From the NCBI RefSeq assembly GCF_964194025.1, contig NC_134474.1:16802001-16866000 (forward strand): 64,000 nt of DNA, written 5' to 3'. The translations under genes were made by a program, and so were the position numbers. Positions 38,660-53,400 of the stretch are shown here, in pieces. Under the pieces are notes generated by a model, which saw nothing but the letters and a program-made list of their open reading frames with translations, ran no database searches and was not told the DNA's origin. The DNA is from Convolutriloba macropyga (taxonomy: Eukaryota). Position 1 is the stretch's first letter; every line of letters starts with the position of its first letter.

Positions 38660-40660
38660 TTAAGACATCATGAAGTTGTTAGAGTTAAACGGAAGCAAAA
38701 TTCACAGACAGGCACAGATATTTCCATTATTATGAATGCAGACTTCAGAACGACTTAATATTGTGCCTCCGTTGAAAGCTTAAACTGCTGATCAATTATC
38801 TGTGTTCATGGATAGTTGAGCACAGAAGACTGATAAATATTGGTTTTTTAGACCCTTTCCTCAAGAAATAAAACAATTTTAAACAAATGGATTTGCAAAG
38901 TTTTCTCCGCCGAAAAACTTTGACTGCATAAAAAGTGATTACCTGTCCTATATTTATATTTAAGGAACAAACTAAAATATTGCAAAATTAGCGGATCAAA
39001 TAACACTCACTTGCTGAATTGTAACTTTATTCAACAACAGATCTGATGTTAAGCAAAAAGTTGTCGTGAAAAAGAACACGACTGTCTTGACAAACTATAA
39101 AGCATAACAAGAAAGAAGGTAATACGACTTCTCCTCTGTTTTGTCTTCCGACGACAATTCATCAATTTTTTTAAGGCATTACAAGGAGTATATCAAAACC
39201 AACGAAACCAGATAGTGGCATCAGAAAAACAAGGCTAAAAAGATTCGCATGTAAATTTATCTCAATCTCATTTCAGATTAAAATAAATGATAAACAGACA
39301 TCTTCAAATAGTTTGAGTGAAAGAGAAGCAACATTCAGAGACAGGTACAGATAATTCCATTAATATGAATGTAGACTTCAAAAGGACTCAATGTTTTGCC
39401 TCCGTTGAAAAGCTTTGAACGCTGATCTATTATCTTTGTTTGTGGACAGGAGAAGACTGATAACTTGGTTTTTTAGACCGTTTCCTCAGGAAATAAAATA
39501 ATTTGAGACAAATGGATTTGCAAAGTTTTCTCCGCCTAAAGAATTCAACTATCTGCATTAAAACTAATTACTTGCTCTATATTTTTTTAATTTAGGAACA
39601 AAATGAAATAATGGAAAAAATTAGATGAACAAAGAAACACTAACTTTATGAATTGTAACTCTTATTCTACAACAGATCTGAACTTAAAACAAAAAGTTCG
39701 CGTAAAAAAAACCACGACTGTCTTGATAAACTAAAAGCATAACAAGACAAAAGGTAGTACGACCTTTCCTCTGTCTTTGCCTCAAACGACAATTCATCAA
39801 ATTTTTAAAGCAATACTAGGGGTATATCAAAAACGACGAATCCAGATAGTGCCATCAGAAAAACAAGGCTGTAAATTTATATCTATCTTATTTCAGATTT
39901 AAATGATAAAAAGACATCTTCAAATAGTTTGAGTGAAACAGAAGCAACAGTCAGAGACAGGTACAGATAATTCCATTAATATGAATGTAGACTTCAAAAC
40001 GACTCAATGTTTTGCCTCCGTTGAAAAGCTTTCAATGCTGATCTATTATCTTTGTTTGTGGACAGTTTAGCAGAGAAGACTGATATCTATTGGGTTTTTA
40101 GACCCTTTCCTCAGGAAATAAAAAAATTTGAGACAAACGGATTTGCAAAGTTTTCTCCGCCTAAAGAATTCAACTGACTGCATTAAAACTAATTACTTGC
40201 TCTATAATTTTTATTTAGGAACGAAATAAAATAATGGAAACAAATTAGATGAACAAAGAAACACTAACTTTCTGAATTGTAACTCTTATTCTACAACAGA
40301 TGTGAACTTAAAACAAAAATTTCGCGTAAAAAAGACCACGACTGTCTTGACAAACTAAAAGCATAACAAGACAAAAGGTAGTACGACCTTTCCTCTATTT
40401 TTTCCTCAAACAACAATTCTTCAAACTTTTAAGGCATTACTAGGGGTATATCAAAAACGACGAATCCAGATAGTGGCATCAGAAAAATAAGGCTAGAAGT
40501 ATTCGCATGTAAATTTATCTCAATCTCATTTCAGATTAAAATAAATGATAAACAGACATCTTCAAGTAGTTTGAGTGAAACGGAAGCAGCATTCAGAGAC
40601 AGGTACAGATATTTGCATTATTATGAATGCAGACTTTAAAACAACTCAGTGTTTTGCTAA
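38660..40660. repeat. Tandem array, ~620-640-bp unit, just over 3 copies
   Basis: AGACATCTTCAA.TAGTTTGAGTGAAA at ~39296, ~39913 and ~40554, with a diverged copy at ~38663. CACGACTGTCTTGA and CCAGATAGTG.CATCAGAAAA recur with the same period. Confidence 0.93.
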
Positions 40661-41914
40661 GGAGACGACTTCCTCGGGAAAAAAACGAAAAATTAATTGG
40701 TAAAAAAACGAATTATAGATAAATTTCCTTTCCTTAAGAAAATTTAACTGAGCTAAAAAGGAAATATCATTAATAGTTCCACACTTAATTTGTCGAGCGA
40801 CAAATAAAATTTGGATACATATTCAATCTCCCGAAACTAAGGAAAACGCCCACTCAGCTTTATAAATAAAGCAATTCATCACAAATGACAATTCCTGACC
40901 AAAATGAAACAGCTTTTTCAACCCAATTCATTAAAGTTGAAAATCAAATGATTTATGAACAATCCAAAATTGACCTTTGAAGTGCTACAAATATGAGCAA
41001 GTTGGACTCGGTGGTCGCGTGCTTTTTGCAATAGTCAAGCTGGTAGGACGGGGCAGGGGCCCCGGACGTGGTATTACAGGAGTAGCATATACCTTAAAAT
41101 TTTGCCACGACAAGTTTTCGAATTGCACCAGTCAGAATTTTTTGAAATTTTGTCAGCTGGTCCGAAATGGCGAGTCAGGTAAATTTACCCTTATGACCCG
41201 AAACGATTGAAACAATCCTTCCATGGTTTTTTGGGCATTTTTACAGGGAGAAAGCGTCAAAACGAGTTGATCTGAGAAAAAGTGACCTTTCTCAAAATCG
41301 CCAAAGGAGTTACTTTTTTGTGCTGGTCTATTGAAATTGTCCTGAAATCTGGTTTATATTAGCTGAAACCGTTGAGAGATAGCTTTTCGCAATTTGAAAA
41401 CCCACTTTAAAGTTCGCCCCAATTGCTTATTTTTATGTAAGCAGAGAACCTTGGCGCAGTGCACGATATAGAACCTCCCACGATTCAGGTTGTCAGATCA
41501 ATTCTGAGCAAGAGAGAAAACGACAACTGAATGAAGTTTTCTAGAAAACGTGTTCTCTTACGTGCGCGCTTCAAATCTGCAGCGTGTGTGAGTTCTCAAA
41601 TACATCAATTTTCCGTTTGTTGTCTTCAAAGAAAAGCAGTTCGTAAATGAGGCCAATTAGGCGTTGAGATTACTCATTTGGCGTACCTATGTTTTCCTTG
41701 ATTGTAGAACATTTATTTCAGAAGTAGAAGAATTGATTAATGCGTGCGTTTTGGCCCGGTGGCGCAAATGAAAAGAATCTGAAGAGAAGTTAACAATGCG
41801 TGTTCAAAAGCTGCGTAGCACAGTGGTTACTAAACGTTATACACCGAGGATTGGAAGCTAAGACTCTATAGTGAGTTGACGCATTGCTCTAACTTTGAAA
41901 TGAGTGAAATCAGA

Positions 41915-41993
41915 GGTAACATGGTGCAGTGGTTGAAGATGACACTTCTACTATAAAGGCTTGGGTTCGAATCCCTTCAGTGTCATAATTTTT
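41915..41993 (+). pseudogene. tRNA-derived sequence (pseudo-tRNA or SINE head)
   Basis: A-box TGGTGCAGTGG (41922), B-box/T-arm GGGTTCGAATCCC (41963-41975) at tRNA-like spacing, followed by a T5 run. Acceptor and anticodon stems pair poorly. Confidence 0.6.
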
Positions 41994-42949
41994 GTACGTC
42001 GTTTCACCTTTGACACATTTGAGGAGCGTAGTTTTGATTCTACCAGTGTCTAAAAACGTGATATTTGCTATTCTTACTATTTCTTTTACTTTAAACCAAA
42101 CAGGAACTGTCTAAGGGGCTTGTCCCCCGCCAGACAGTTCCCTTCGTAGTCAATTGACAATGAACTATCTACACTGCTTCTTCCTACCCCGAGCCGGAAG
42201 GTCTCATAGTCTCAAACGTCGTTTTTAAATAGCTCTGCCATTTCCTGCGTGCTGCAGTTCGAGGCCTCTGCAAGATTACTGCCGGTGTGTTTTTTTCTGT
42301 ATGGTAAGTGGAGGGGAGATAATCAGCCAAAGAGAAACAACACAAAACGAATGAGTTCGAGTGACAGGGGGGAACTCATCATTGAGAGGAAAACTCCTGA
42401 CTTTTCTAGATGTCTATATAAAATTATGAGCAGTGAGGCATCAAAAGTTTGCTGCATAAATAAGCGGCCTCTTAAATAACTTCTCGGCCTCATAGATAAG
42501 CAAAAAATCTAAAAGTAACAAGCAAAAAAATATTTGACATTTACTGACCCGAAGAATACGCACGAGCAGAACAGCTCAACCTAGGCAGGTGAACAAGGTA
42601 TTCCGCTTTCCACTGGTTATTGATACTGTTTACTCGGAATCCAAAAACGATTGATTTGCTGAACATTTTCAGCCTAAAGGCGGAAAAATTGATTGCGCGA
42701 ATTATCTCAATCATCAACGAACAAATGGAAAATACGCAAAAAGATGTAGGGGACGGGAGAACACGACTAACTTCATTAAATACAACGCTTAACAAAACTA
42801 ATCTAAGCCAGTTCAAAAACTCGTCCACTATTTCTAACAGCGACATACAAGAACTTGCAAAACAAAACCGCCATATTTCGCAGTTATTGGCCAAAATCAA
42901 ACGGATTTCACGAGCAGATTCAATGTTAAGACCAAATGTTTTCTGAGAA

Positions 42950-45900
42950 AACTCATAAATCGCCTTCGGATTTGTCATTATTGCACTTAGAGTTGCTTCC
43001 GAGAAGCGAAACTTCAATATCAAGTTCTACTCGATGGAAAATACGACAAAATTTGGGCTTCAAAATTTATTTTATAGAGATGCCAAAAATACGAAACTAA
43101 AAATAAAACACTAGCAAAAACTTCTGCCTAAAAGCGCAAAAATTGATTACCAAAACTATATCAATCATTTACGAACACAATAACACAAACATGGGCAAAC
43201 GAAGAAAAGTATTAACTTGATTAGTTGCAATGCTTAACAAAAAGAATCTAAGCCAGTTCCTGCCAATTTTAATCTGATTTCGTTGAAGTTTTTCCCATCT
43301 TAAGCTCGCAAGGAGTGATTACTTGCCCTATACCATTTGAAAAAAAACACAAAAAATAAGTGGAACAAAGAACAATATTTACCTTGATCAAGTGCAACAC
43401 CTAAAAAAACAAAAGCTAGCTTAAACCTCCGAGCGATAGCGCATTAAAACAGGGCTTTTGTTTTCAGGCCTTAATAGAGGGAAAGCTGACTATCATAGAA
43501 GTAAATTATCACATTTAACAGTTCATCACCAAAAGAAAGAGATTCACAAACAGAGCAGCTTCACCATGATATATGAAAATAGCACACCAAAATCTACGGG
43601 TTAATGAGACCAGTTCCTAAAAAAAAGCTTTAAACTAATTCATAAATTTATTTCGCTTAGGCGAATTGAGCTAAGATAATAAAGTATCAAAAATCTGCTC
43701 GAAGCTTCTGGTATCATATATCTGAGATTCGAACAGAAAGAAGTTGACAGAAAATTTCAAGGCGCGGTGCATGTTCAAAACGCTAATTTTAGACTCTCCA
43801 AAAATTACAGCAAATAGAGTGCTAATTAGACATGTTCAAAGTACAGAAAAATCATGGAGTATAACAATTAATTAAAAATTTACATCGCCATTTGAATAAT
43901 GGACGAACGAACACCAGCTATATAGAACAGAACAAAACGCTCCGCTCCAAAAGATTTTCCGATTGTCCAAAAATTTAATGCAGGTTTTCAGAGCAGAAAT
44001 GGGAACAGAATATGGGGAGAGACACCTAACTTTTTCTCGATCTTAAAAAGCAGGCGTAAAAAACTGAACCTACAGGCACTAATATATGCAGTCATTGTAG
44101 ATAGCTGTGCAAAGTAAACCTAAGATTGACAACTTTGTACATGAACAGAGATCGCCCTTGGATGTTGAAAGAGTAATCTGTTTGCCTTAATCAAACACGT
44201 TTTTGCTGATTTTGAGCACAAAGTTAAAAACTTCTCTAAAACAAGCAAATTCAAATTTATGAAAAGAAAGTTAACGGAAAAAAGACAAAATCAACTTGTT
44301 CAATTCGTCCATTTAACTCTCTCGGCTACATTAAAAAAAATTCGTAAACAGAAGCAAATAAAATCAAAACTCACAATCGGCCGAGTTATCGGCCTAAATC
44401 AACCAGATTTATGATATTTGAAAATCAAATATTGTCAGAACGTCAAAAATTGACCTTGGAGGTGTCACCAACACCCTTTGATTTGCTGCAGAAAAAGGAA
44501 ACATGAATATGAAGTTCTACTCGATGAAAAAGTGAACAAAATGTGGGCTTCAATACTCATTTTATATAGATGCCGAAAAGACGAAACTAACAAAAAAATA
44601 CTAGCAAAAACTTCAGCCTAAAAGTGCAAAAAATGATTACTAAATTTAAATCAATCATTTACGAACAAAATAACACAAACATGGGCAAACGAAAAAAAAG
44701 CATTAACTTGATTAGTTGCAATGCTCAACAAAATGAATCTAAAACATTTCCTGTCAATTTTAATTTGATTTCGTTTAAGTTTTTCCCGTCTTAAGCGCGC
44801 AAGGAGTGATTACTTACCCTAAACCATTTGAAAAAAAACCACAAAATAAGTGGAACAAAGAACAAAATGTACCTTGATCAAGTGCAACACCTAAAAAACA
44901 AAAAGCTAGCTTAAACCTCCGAGCGATAGCGCATTAAAAGAGGGCTTTTTGTTTTCAGGCCTTAAAAGAGGGAAAGCTAACTATCATAGAAGTAAATTAT
45001 CATATTTAACAGTTCATGACCAAAAGAAAAAGATTCACAAACAGAGCAGCTTCACCATGATATATGACAATAGCACACCAATATCTACGGGTTAATGAGA
45101 CCATTTCGTCAAAAAAAGCTTTAAACTAATTCATTCAAATCTGCTCAAAGCTTCTGGTTTCGTATATCTGAGATTCGAACAGAAGGAAATTGACAGAAAA
45201 TTTAAAGGCGCGGTGCATGTTCAAAACGCTAATTTTAGACTCTCCAAAAATTACAGCAAAAAGAGTGCTAACTAGACATGTTCAAAGTACAGAAAAACCA
45301 TGGAGTATAACAATTAAATAAAAACTTACATCGCCATGTGAATAATGGAAGAACGAACACCAGCTATATAGAGCAAAACAAAACGCTCCTCTTGAAAAGA
45401 TTTCCCAATTTTCTAAAAATTTAATGCAGGTTTTCAGAGCAGAAATGGGAACAGAATATGGGGAGACACTTCAAAAATTTTTCCTCGATCTTAAAAAGCA
45501 GGCGTAAAAAAATGAAACTACAGGCACTAATATATGCAGTCATTGTAGATAGCAGTGCAAAGTAAACCTAAGATTGACAACTTTGTACATGAACAGAGAT
45601 CGCCCTTGGATGTTGAAAGAGTAATCTGTTTGCCTTAATCAAACACGTTTTTGCTGATTTTGAGCACAAAGTTAAAAACTTCTCTAAAACAAGCAAATTC
45701 AAATTTATGAAAAGAAAGTTAACGGAAAAAAGACAAAATCAACTTGTTCAATTCGTCCATTTAACTCTCTCGGCTACATTAAAAAAAATTCGTAAACAGA
45801 AGCAAATAAAATCAAAACTCACAATCGGCCGAGTTATCGGCCTAAATCAACCAGATTTATGATATTTGAAAATCAAATATTGTCAGAAGGTCAAAAATTG

Positions 45901-47470
45901 ACCTTGGAGGTGTCACCAACACCCTTTGATTTGCTGCAGAAAAAGGAAACATGAATATGAAGTTCTACTCGATGAAAAAGTGAACAAAATGTGGGCTTCA
46001 ATACTCATTTTATATAGATGCCGAAAAGACGAAACTAACAAAAAAATACTAGCAAAAACTTCAGCCTAAAAGTGCAAAAAATGATTACTAAATTTAAATC
46101 AATCATTTACGAACAAAATAACACAAACATGGGCAAACGAAAAAAAAGCATTAACTTGATTAGTTGCAATGCTCAACAAAATGAATCTAAAACATTTCCT
46201 GTCAATTTTAATTTGATTTCGTTTAAGTTTTTCCCGTCTTAAGCGCGCAAGGAGTGATTACTTACCCTAAACCATTTGAAAAAAAAACCACAAAATAAGT
46301 GGAACAAAGAACAAAATGTACCTTGATCAAGTGCAACACCTAAAAAACAAAAAGCTAGCTTAAACCTCCGAGCGATAGCGCATTAAAAGAGGGCTTTTTG
46401 TTTTCAGGCCTTAAAAGAGGGAAAGCTAACTATCATAGAAGTAAATTATCATATTTAACAGTTCATGACCAAAAGAAAAAGATTCACAAACAGAGCAGCT
46501 TCACCATGATATATGACAATAGCACACCAATATCTACGGGTTAATGAGACCATTTCGTCAAAAAAAGCTTAAAACTAATTCATTCAAATCTGCTCAAAGC
46601 TTCTGGTTTCGTATATCTGAGATTCGAACAGAAGGAAATTGACAGAAAATTTAAAGGCGCGGTGCATGTTCAAAACGCTAATTTTACACTCTCCAAAAAT
46701 TACAGCAAAAAGAGTGCTAACTAGACATGTTCAAAGTACAGAAAAACCATGGAGTATAACAATTAAATAAAAACTTACATCGCCATGTGAATAATGGAAG
46801 AACGAACACCAGCTATATAGAGCAAAACAAAACGCTCCTCTTGAAAAGATTTCCCAATTTTTTAAAAATTTAATGCAGGTTTTCAGAGCAGAAATGGGAA
46901 CAGAATATGGGGAGACACTTCAAAAATTTTTCCTCGATCTTAAAAAGCAGGCGTAAAAAAATGAAACTACAGGCACTAATATATGCAGTCATTGTAGATA
47001 GCAGTGCAAAGTAAACCTAAGATTGACAACTTTGTACATGAACAGAGATAGCCCTTGGATATTGAAAGAGTAATCTCTGTTTGCCTTAATCAAACACGTT
47101 TTTGCTGATTAAAAACTTCTCTAAAACTTCTCTAAATTAAGCAAATTTAAATTTATGAAAAAAAGTTAAAGGAAAAAAGACAAAATGAACTTGTTCAATT
47201 CGTCCCTTTAACTCTCTCGGTTACATTCAAAATTCGTTAACAGAAGCAAAAAATCAAAACTCACATTCGGCCAAGTTATTGGCCCAAAATCAACCAGATT
47301 TATGATAGTTGAAAATCAAATATCGTCTGAGAAGGTCAAAAATTGACCTTGGAGGTGTCATCAACACCTCTTGATTTGCTGCAGAAAAAGGAAACATGAA
47401 TATGAATTTCGACTCAATGAAAAAGTGGACAAAATGTGGGCTTCAATATTCATTTTATATAGATGCCAAA
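42950..47470. repeat. Tandem array, ~1.45-kb unit, ~3 copies
   Basis: AAGTTCTACTCGATG at 43022, 44512 and 45960, with a variant at ~47405 (periods 1490, 1448, ~1445). The middle copies are nearly identical. Confidence 0.95.
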
Positions 47471-50400
47471 AGAAGTCAACTATCAAAAAACTAATGGTTC
47501 ATGCAGAATCATGTGCGTAAACAATAAGAGGGCACACTTAACTAACTTGGTCAGTGAAATAGTTTGAGGACGAGGTTCAACGTATACCGAAAGAACTTTC
47601 CGGACACCAACCCAAGTAGTGATATCAGACGCAGACAGATTTGGATCAACATTTTGATGAGCAGAGGTAAAAAATCAGGACAAAAAGTCACGCATCCAAA
47701 AAATCACCCAAAATGTTTGCATTAAACATTGAAGAAACTTGCAGTCATTAGAATAATGCACATTTTGATCTAGGTTTAGATAAAAAACAGCTCCAAAAAA
47801 TCCATTCATTCAACGTGCTAAGACAAATGATTATTCCAGAAAAATTGTAAATTTTCAGTTGTTAGAGTGAAACTGAAGCAGCCTTCTGGGACTGGAACGG
47901 AAAGTGGCCTTTGCCTATTGGGAGACTTCAAAAGGCCTCTATCATCCGATTCCTAAAAAAAGGCTTGGACTGCTGGTCTACCAACCTTTTACCTTGATAG
48001 ATTGATAGCACGGAATATCAATTACTATTGGTTAAAGAGACTGTTTCCTAAAAACTAAACTGAATACATTGCAACCTTTTCTCAACCTAAGTGCGCAAAG
48101 AGTGACTCTGCGCCCTATAACATTTACCTATTACAATGAAAATACCCACAGAAAAATTAGGGCGAACAAAGAAAACTATTAACCTTGATCAACTGCAAAG
48201 CTTAACAAAACAAATATCGGCCAGTTGGACTTTTTCAATGTTTAAATATCCGAGAGTTAGCGCATCAAAACTTGGCTTTTTTTCAGGCTCCCAAAATAAG
48301 AGAAATGCTAATTATCACAAATTACAAAAATCACCGGTTCACAACCAGACAGATTCACCTTGATAGATAAGCACAGCATTCCAATATCAATTGGTTAATG
48401 AGACCACTTCTTCGGAAAAAAAAGCGTTTAATTCATAGATAAATTTCTTTTAAGAAAATTCAACTGAGTTTAAAAAAGTATCACTAAGAGTTCCATATTT
48501 AATTACTCTAGCCATATATAAAAATTGGATTCATTTTTTAAGTCTCCCGAAACTAAGGAAAACACCCACTCAGCCTTATAAACGAAAAATCAGTTCATCA
48601 TTTGACAGTTACTGACAAAAATTAAACAGCTTTTCTAGCCGGATTCAACAAAGTTGAAAATCAATACTTTCTGTGAAAACGTTGTCCGCTTAAGCGCGCT
48701 AAGAGTGACTACTCACCCCCTATCAATTAATTATGAATAACGTCACGGAAAGACTTAGAGTTGCAAAAAAAACTTAATTTAATCAATTGCAACAATCAAC
48801 AAAATATGAGCGAGTTTGACTGTTTGTCTTCAATTCTCCAAGCGATATTCAAAATTTGAATTAAATTTTTAGTCCACAGAAATAACAAAAACATCTTCTC
48901 AGTCAGAAAAGAAAAATCTTCATTACAATTGAAAGAAAACTATTAACCTTGATCAACTGCAACGCTTAACAAAACAACTATCGGCCAGTTGGACTTTTTC
49001 ACTGTTTAAATTGCCGAGAGTTAGCGCATCAAAACTTGGCGTATATTTCCAGGCCTGCGAAAAAGGAAATGCTAATTATCACGAAACACAAAAAACACCG
49101 GTTCACAACCAGACAGCTTCACCTTGATAAAAAAGCACAGCACTCCAATATCAATTGGTTAATGAGACCACTTCCTCGGGAAAACGTTGAATTCATAGAT
49201 AAATTTTCTTTCCTTAAGAAAATTTAAATGAGCTAAAAAATGAAGTATTATTAACAGTTCCACATTTCATAAGTCGAGCGACAAAAAAATTTTGATTCAT
49301 ATTTTTCAATCTCCTGAAAAAAAGGAAAACGCCCACTCATCTTTAGAAACAAAAAAGCAATTCATCACAAATGAGAGTTACTGACCAAAATGAAACAGCT
49401 TTTTCAACCCAATTCAACAAAGCTGAAAATCCAACAACTTATGAACGATCCAAAACTGACCTTGGAGGTGCCATATTATAGTGCATTTGCTTAAGAATAG
49501 CGGAACTTTAATAACGAGTTCTACTTTAAAAATGACTAACAGAAATCTGATGGCTCTTTGCAGAATTATGAGAGTAAACACTAAGAGGGTACACTTAAAT
49601 AACTTGGTAGATGATAACGCTTGTATACAATGTTAAACAAATACCAGAAGTCCCATTTAAGTGAACTCAGACTTCAATGTTTCCATTCCAAGAGAGCATG
49701 GATTGGTGAGCTACCATCTTTGTATTTTGAAAGATCAGCACGGAGAACTGATAAATATTAGTTAAGACTTTTCTAAAACTGAAGGAAACGTGTAACAGAT
49801 TTCTTTGCAAACCTTCACCGCTCAAGGGCTCAAAAAATACTCACTGCGTATCACTTAAAGATGAAAAACATCAGGGAAAAATTAGAGGAGCAAATAACAC
49901 TTAATTTAATTAACTGCAAACAACAAAGTATATCGAGTTCGACTGTTTCTCTCTTCAATTCTCCGAGCGACATTCAAAATTACATTTTGTAATAACAATT
50001 TTAGTCCCCAGAACTAACGCCTAGTCAGTCAAAAAAGAAAAAAACAACACTTCATCAAATCTGACAGTTACTGGCCAAAACGAAGGACCTTTCACAACCA
50101 TATTTAATAAAGCTGAAAATCAAGGTTTTCCGAGAACGATCGCAAATCGCCCTTGAAGGTGTCATAAAAGTGCATTTGCTTGAGAATAGCCAAACGCCAG
50201 TAAAACTTTCCAATCAATACAAAAATGAACATAATGTGGGCTTCATTCATTTTATTGTGATATAAATAAAATATCTAAATAATAAAATCTGTAAATTATC
50301 AAAAATATCTAATAAATTTGATATTTACAAGAGTAAACCGCAACAGGGCATACTTAATTCACTTGGTCCGTGATAACGTCTAAATGCTATATTAAACGTA

Positions 50401-53400
50401 CACGAAAAGCACTTTCTGGACACTACAAACATTTCGATCCACGTTTAGATTTAAAAAAATCAAATCACAAAAGGTCATGCACTCCGTAACTCACACAAAA
50501 CGTTGGCTGGAAACATATTAAAACTTGCAGAAATTTTAGTGAATTGGCTGCATTTCCTGCGACAACTTCCCAATTATCTAAAGCAGACTTCAAAAATCCT
50601 CTTTCCCGATACCGTAAAAAACAAGGACTGCTGATCTACCATCCTTGTACTTTGAAAGATCAGCACGGAAAACTCTATCTAGTGGTTAATCAGATTGTTT
50701 CCTAAAAAAAACCAGAAATTTTAAAGTGATTTCTATGCAAAAGAAAACACAAATTTTGAAATGTATTCTTATCAAATACATAAAATAATCAAATTGCAAG
50801 CAATGAAAACCTGATGGTTCTGTGCAGACTTCTGAAAGGAAAAACAAGAGAGCACGCCAAAAAAATTAAAGAAGGCCGTGAAATGAAAACGTGACATTTA
50901 CCATTCAAACAACTTTATTCTTCGCAGACATCCCCTGTTCTCCAAATTATTATTCAAATTCTTTATTTATTAAACTACCAAAATCTAAAGCTGTTTAGCA
51001 GATTACAGAAAATTATAACATTTGACAGTTATTGACCAAAAGAAACAGATTCACAAACAGAACAGCTTTACTATGATATATGAGCACAGCATACCAATAT
51101 CTATGGGTTAATGAGAGCATTTCCTCGGAAAAGAAAATAAAACTTTAAACTAATAATTTTTCTTGGCTCAGGGGAATTGAACATAGTTGAAAAAAAGGAT
51201 CATTAAAAATCTGCTCAATATTTCAAGCTTCATATAATTGAGATTCGAAACGGAGGACTTTAACAGAAGATTTCATGGCGCCGTGCATGTTTAAAACGCT
51301 AATTTCGGGCTAACCGAAATCTTCCAGAAAATAGTGTGCCACCTAGACTTGTTCAATTTACAGAAAATAAATGGAGTATAACTTTTAATTAAAAACGTAC
51401 ATCGCCATGTGGATAATAGACGAACCAGCACATGTATTAAATGGCGCAAAACAAAGCTCTTAGCTCGATAAGGCTGCAAAGAAAACCTTTTAAAATTTAT
51501 CCATCTCGCAGTCGTAAATAAAAGTTATTTGTGATAAATTCCGATTGTCCAAAAGCCTAACGCAGGTTTTCAGAGCAGTACTAGAAAAATGTTAATGGAA
51601 AGAAAACTATTAACTTGATCAATATGTCTGTTTAACACTCTCATTGGCATTCAAAAATTCGTTAACAGAAGCAAAATAAAATCAAAACTCACATTTGGCC
51701 GAGATATTGGCCGAAGTCAACCAGAATTCACAACCAGATATATGATAGTTGGAAACCAAATGTTTTCTGAGAGATGACCTAGGAGGTGTCACCATCACAC
51801 TTAGATCTGCTGACATGAAGTTTTACTCGATGAAAAATTGGACAAACTGCGCTTCAAAATTCATTTTATGTAGAAGCCACAAAAGATTCAATTATCAAAA
51901 AAACTAATAGTTCGCGCAGAATCAAGTGCGTAAACAATAAGAGGGGACACTTACCTAATTTGGTCCCAGAAAAGGTTTGAAGGCAAGGCTTAACGTATAC
52001 CAAAAGAATTTTCCGGACACCAACCCAAGTAGTGATATCATAAGTAGACAGATTCGGATACACAAGGTGATCTGAGCTGAGATAAAATATCAGGACACAA
52101 AAAGTCATGCATCCAAAATATAACCCAAAATGTTTGCAATAGAAACTTGCAGTCGTTACGTTGATGCACATTTGGATTTAGTTTAAGTTGAAAAATCAGC
52201 TCCGAAAAATCCATGCAATCAACGTCTTAAGCCAAATGCTTATTGCAGAAAAATTGTAAACTTAAAGTTATTAGAGTGAACCTAAAGCAGCCTTTTGGGA
52301 CTGGAACAAAAAGTGCCCTTTGTCCAAAGGAAGACTTCAAAAGGCCTCTAGCATCCGATTCTTATAAAAACGGCTCAGACTGCTGGTCTACCATCCTTTT
52401 ACCTTGATAGATTTATCGCACGGAATATCAAATACTATTGGTTAAAGAGGCTGTTTCCTAAAAACTAAACTGAATACATTGCAACATTTTCTCAACCTAA
52501 GTGCGCAAAGAGTGACTATGCGCCCTATAACATTTACCTATTACATTGAAACCCACAAAAAAAAAATTTAGGGCGAACAAAGAAAACCATTAACCTTGAT
52601 CAACTGCAAAGCTTAACCAAACAAATATCGGCCAGTGTGACTTTTTCACTGTTTAAATGTCCGAGAGTTAGCGCATCAAAACTTGGCTTTTATTTTCAGG
52701 CCCCCACAATAAGAGAAATGCTAATAACCACAAATTACAAAAATCCCCGGTTCACAACCAGACAGCTTCACCTTGATAGATAAGCACAGCATTCCAACAT
52801 CAATTGGTTAATGAGACCACTTCCTCGGAAAAAAAGCGTTGAATTCATAGATAATTTTTTTTCCTTAAGAAAATTCAACTGAGTTAAAAAAAGTATCACT
52901 AAGAGTTCCATATTTAATTACTCTAGCCATATATAAAAATTGGATTCATTTTTTAAGTCTCCCGAAACTGAGGAAAACGCCCACTCAGCCTTATAAACGA
53001 AAAATCAATTCATCATTTGACAGTTACTGACAAAAATTAAACAGCTTTTCTAGCCGGATTCAACAAAGTTGAAAATCAATATTTTCTGAGAAATGTGAGA
53101 AATCAACCCTAATGGTGCCAAAAAATGCCTTTGAACAAAAAAACAATTCAATAACAAGGACAACTTGATGGAAAAATGGACAAAAGGTGTGGGCGTTAAA
53201 ATTCATTTCATTAAGACGCCAAAAAGATGCATTTACAAATAACTGATGGTTCTGAATGGAAGAGAACTTTCTCGACACTCAACCAAGTAGTATCAGACGC
53301 AGAATGATTGTGATACGCAATTTGATCTGTTGAGATAAAAAAATCAGTTTACAAAAAGTCACTTATCTAATGACTGACAAATTAATTTCGCTCCAGAGAT

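Noticed and set aside
41915-41985. Functional tRNA gene
   Set aside because: Acceptor and anticodon stems do not pair adequately; kept only as a tRNA-derived remnant.
42541-43023. 160-aa minus and 108-aa plus ORFs
   Set aside because: They lie within a degenerate array monomer, paralogous segments are not open, and no motifs were recognised.
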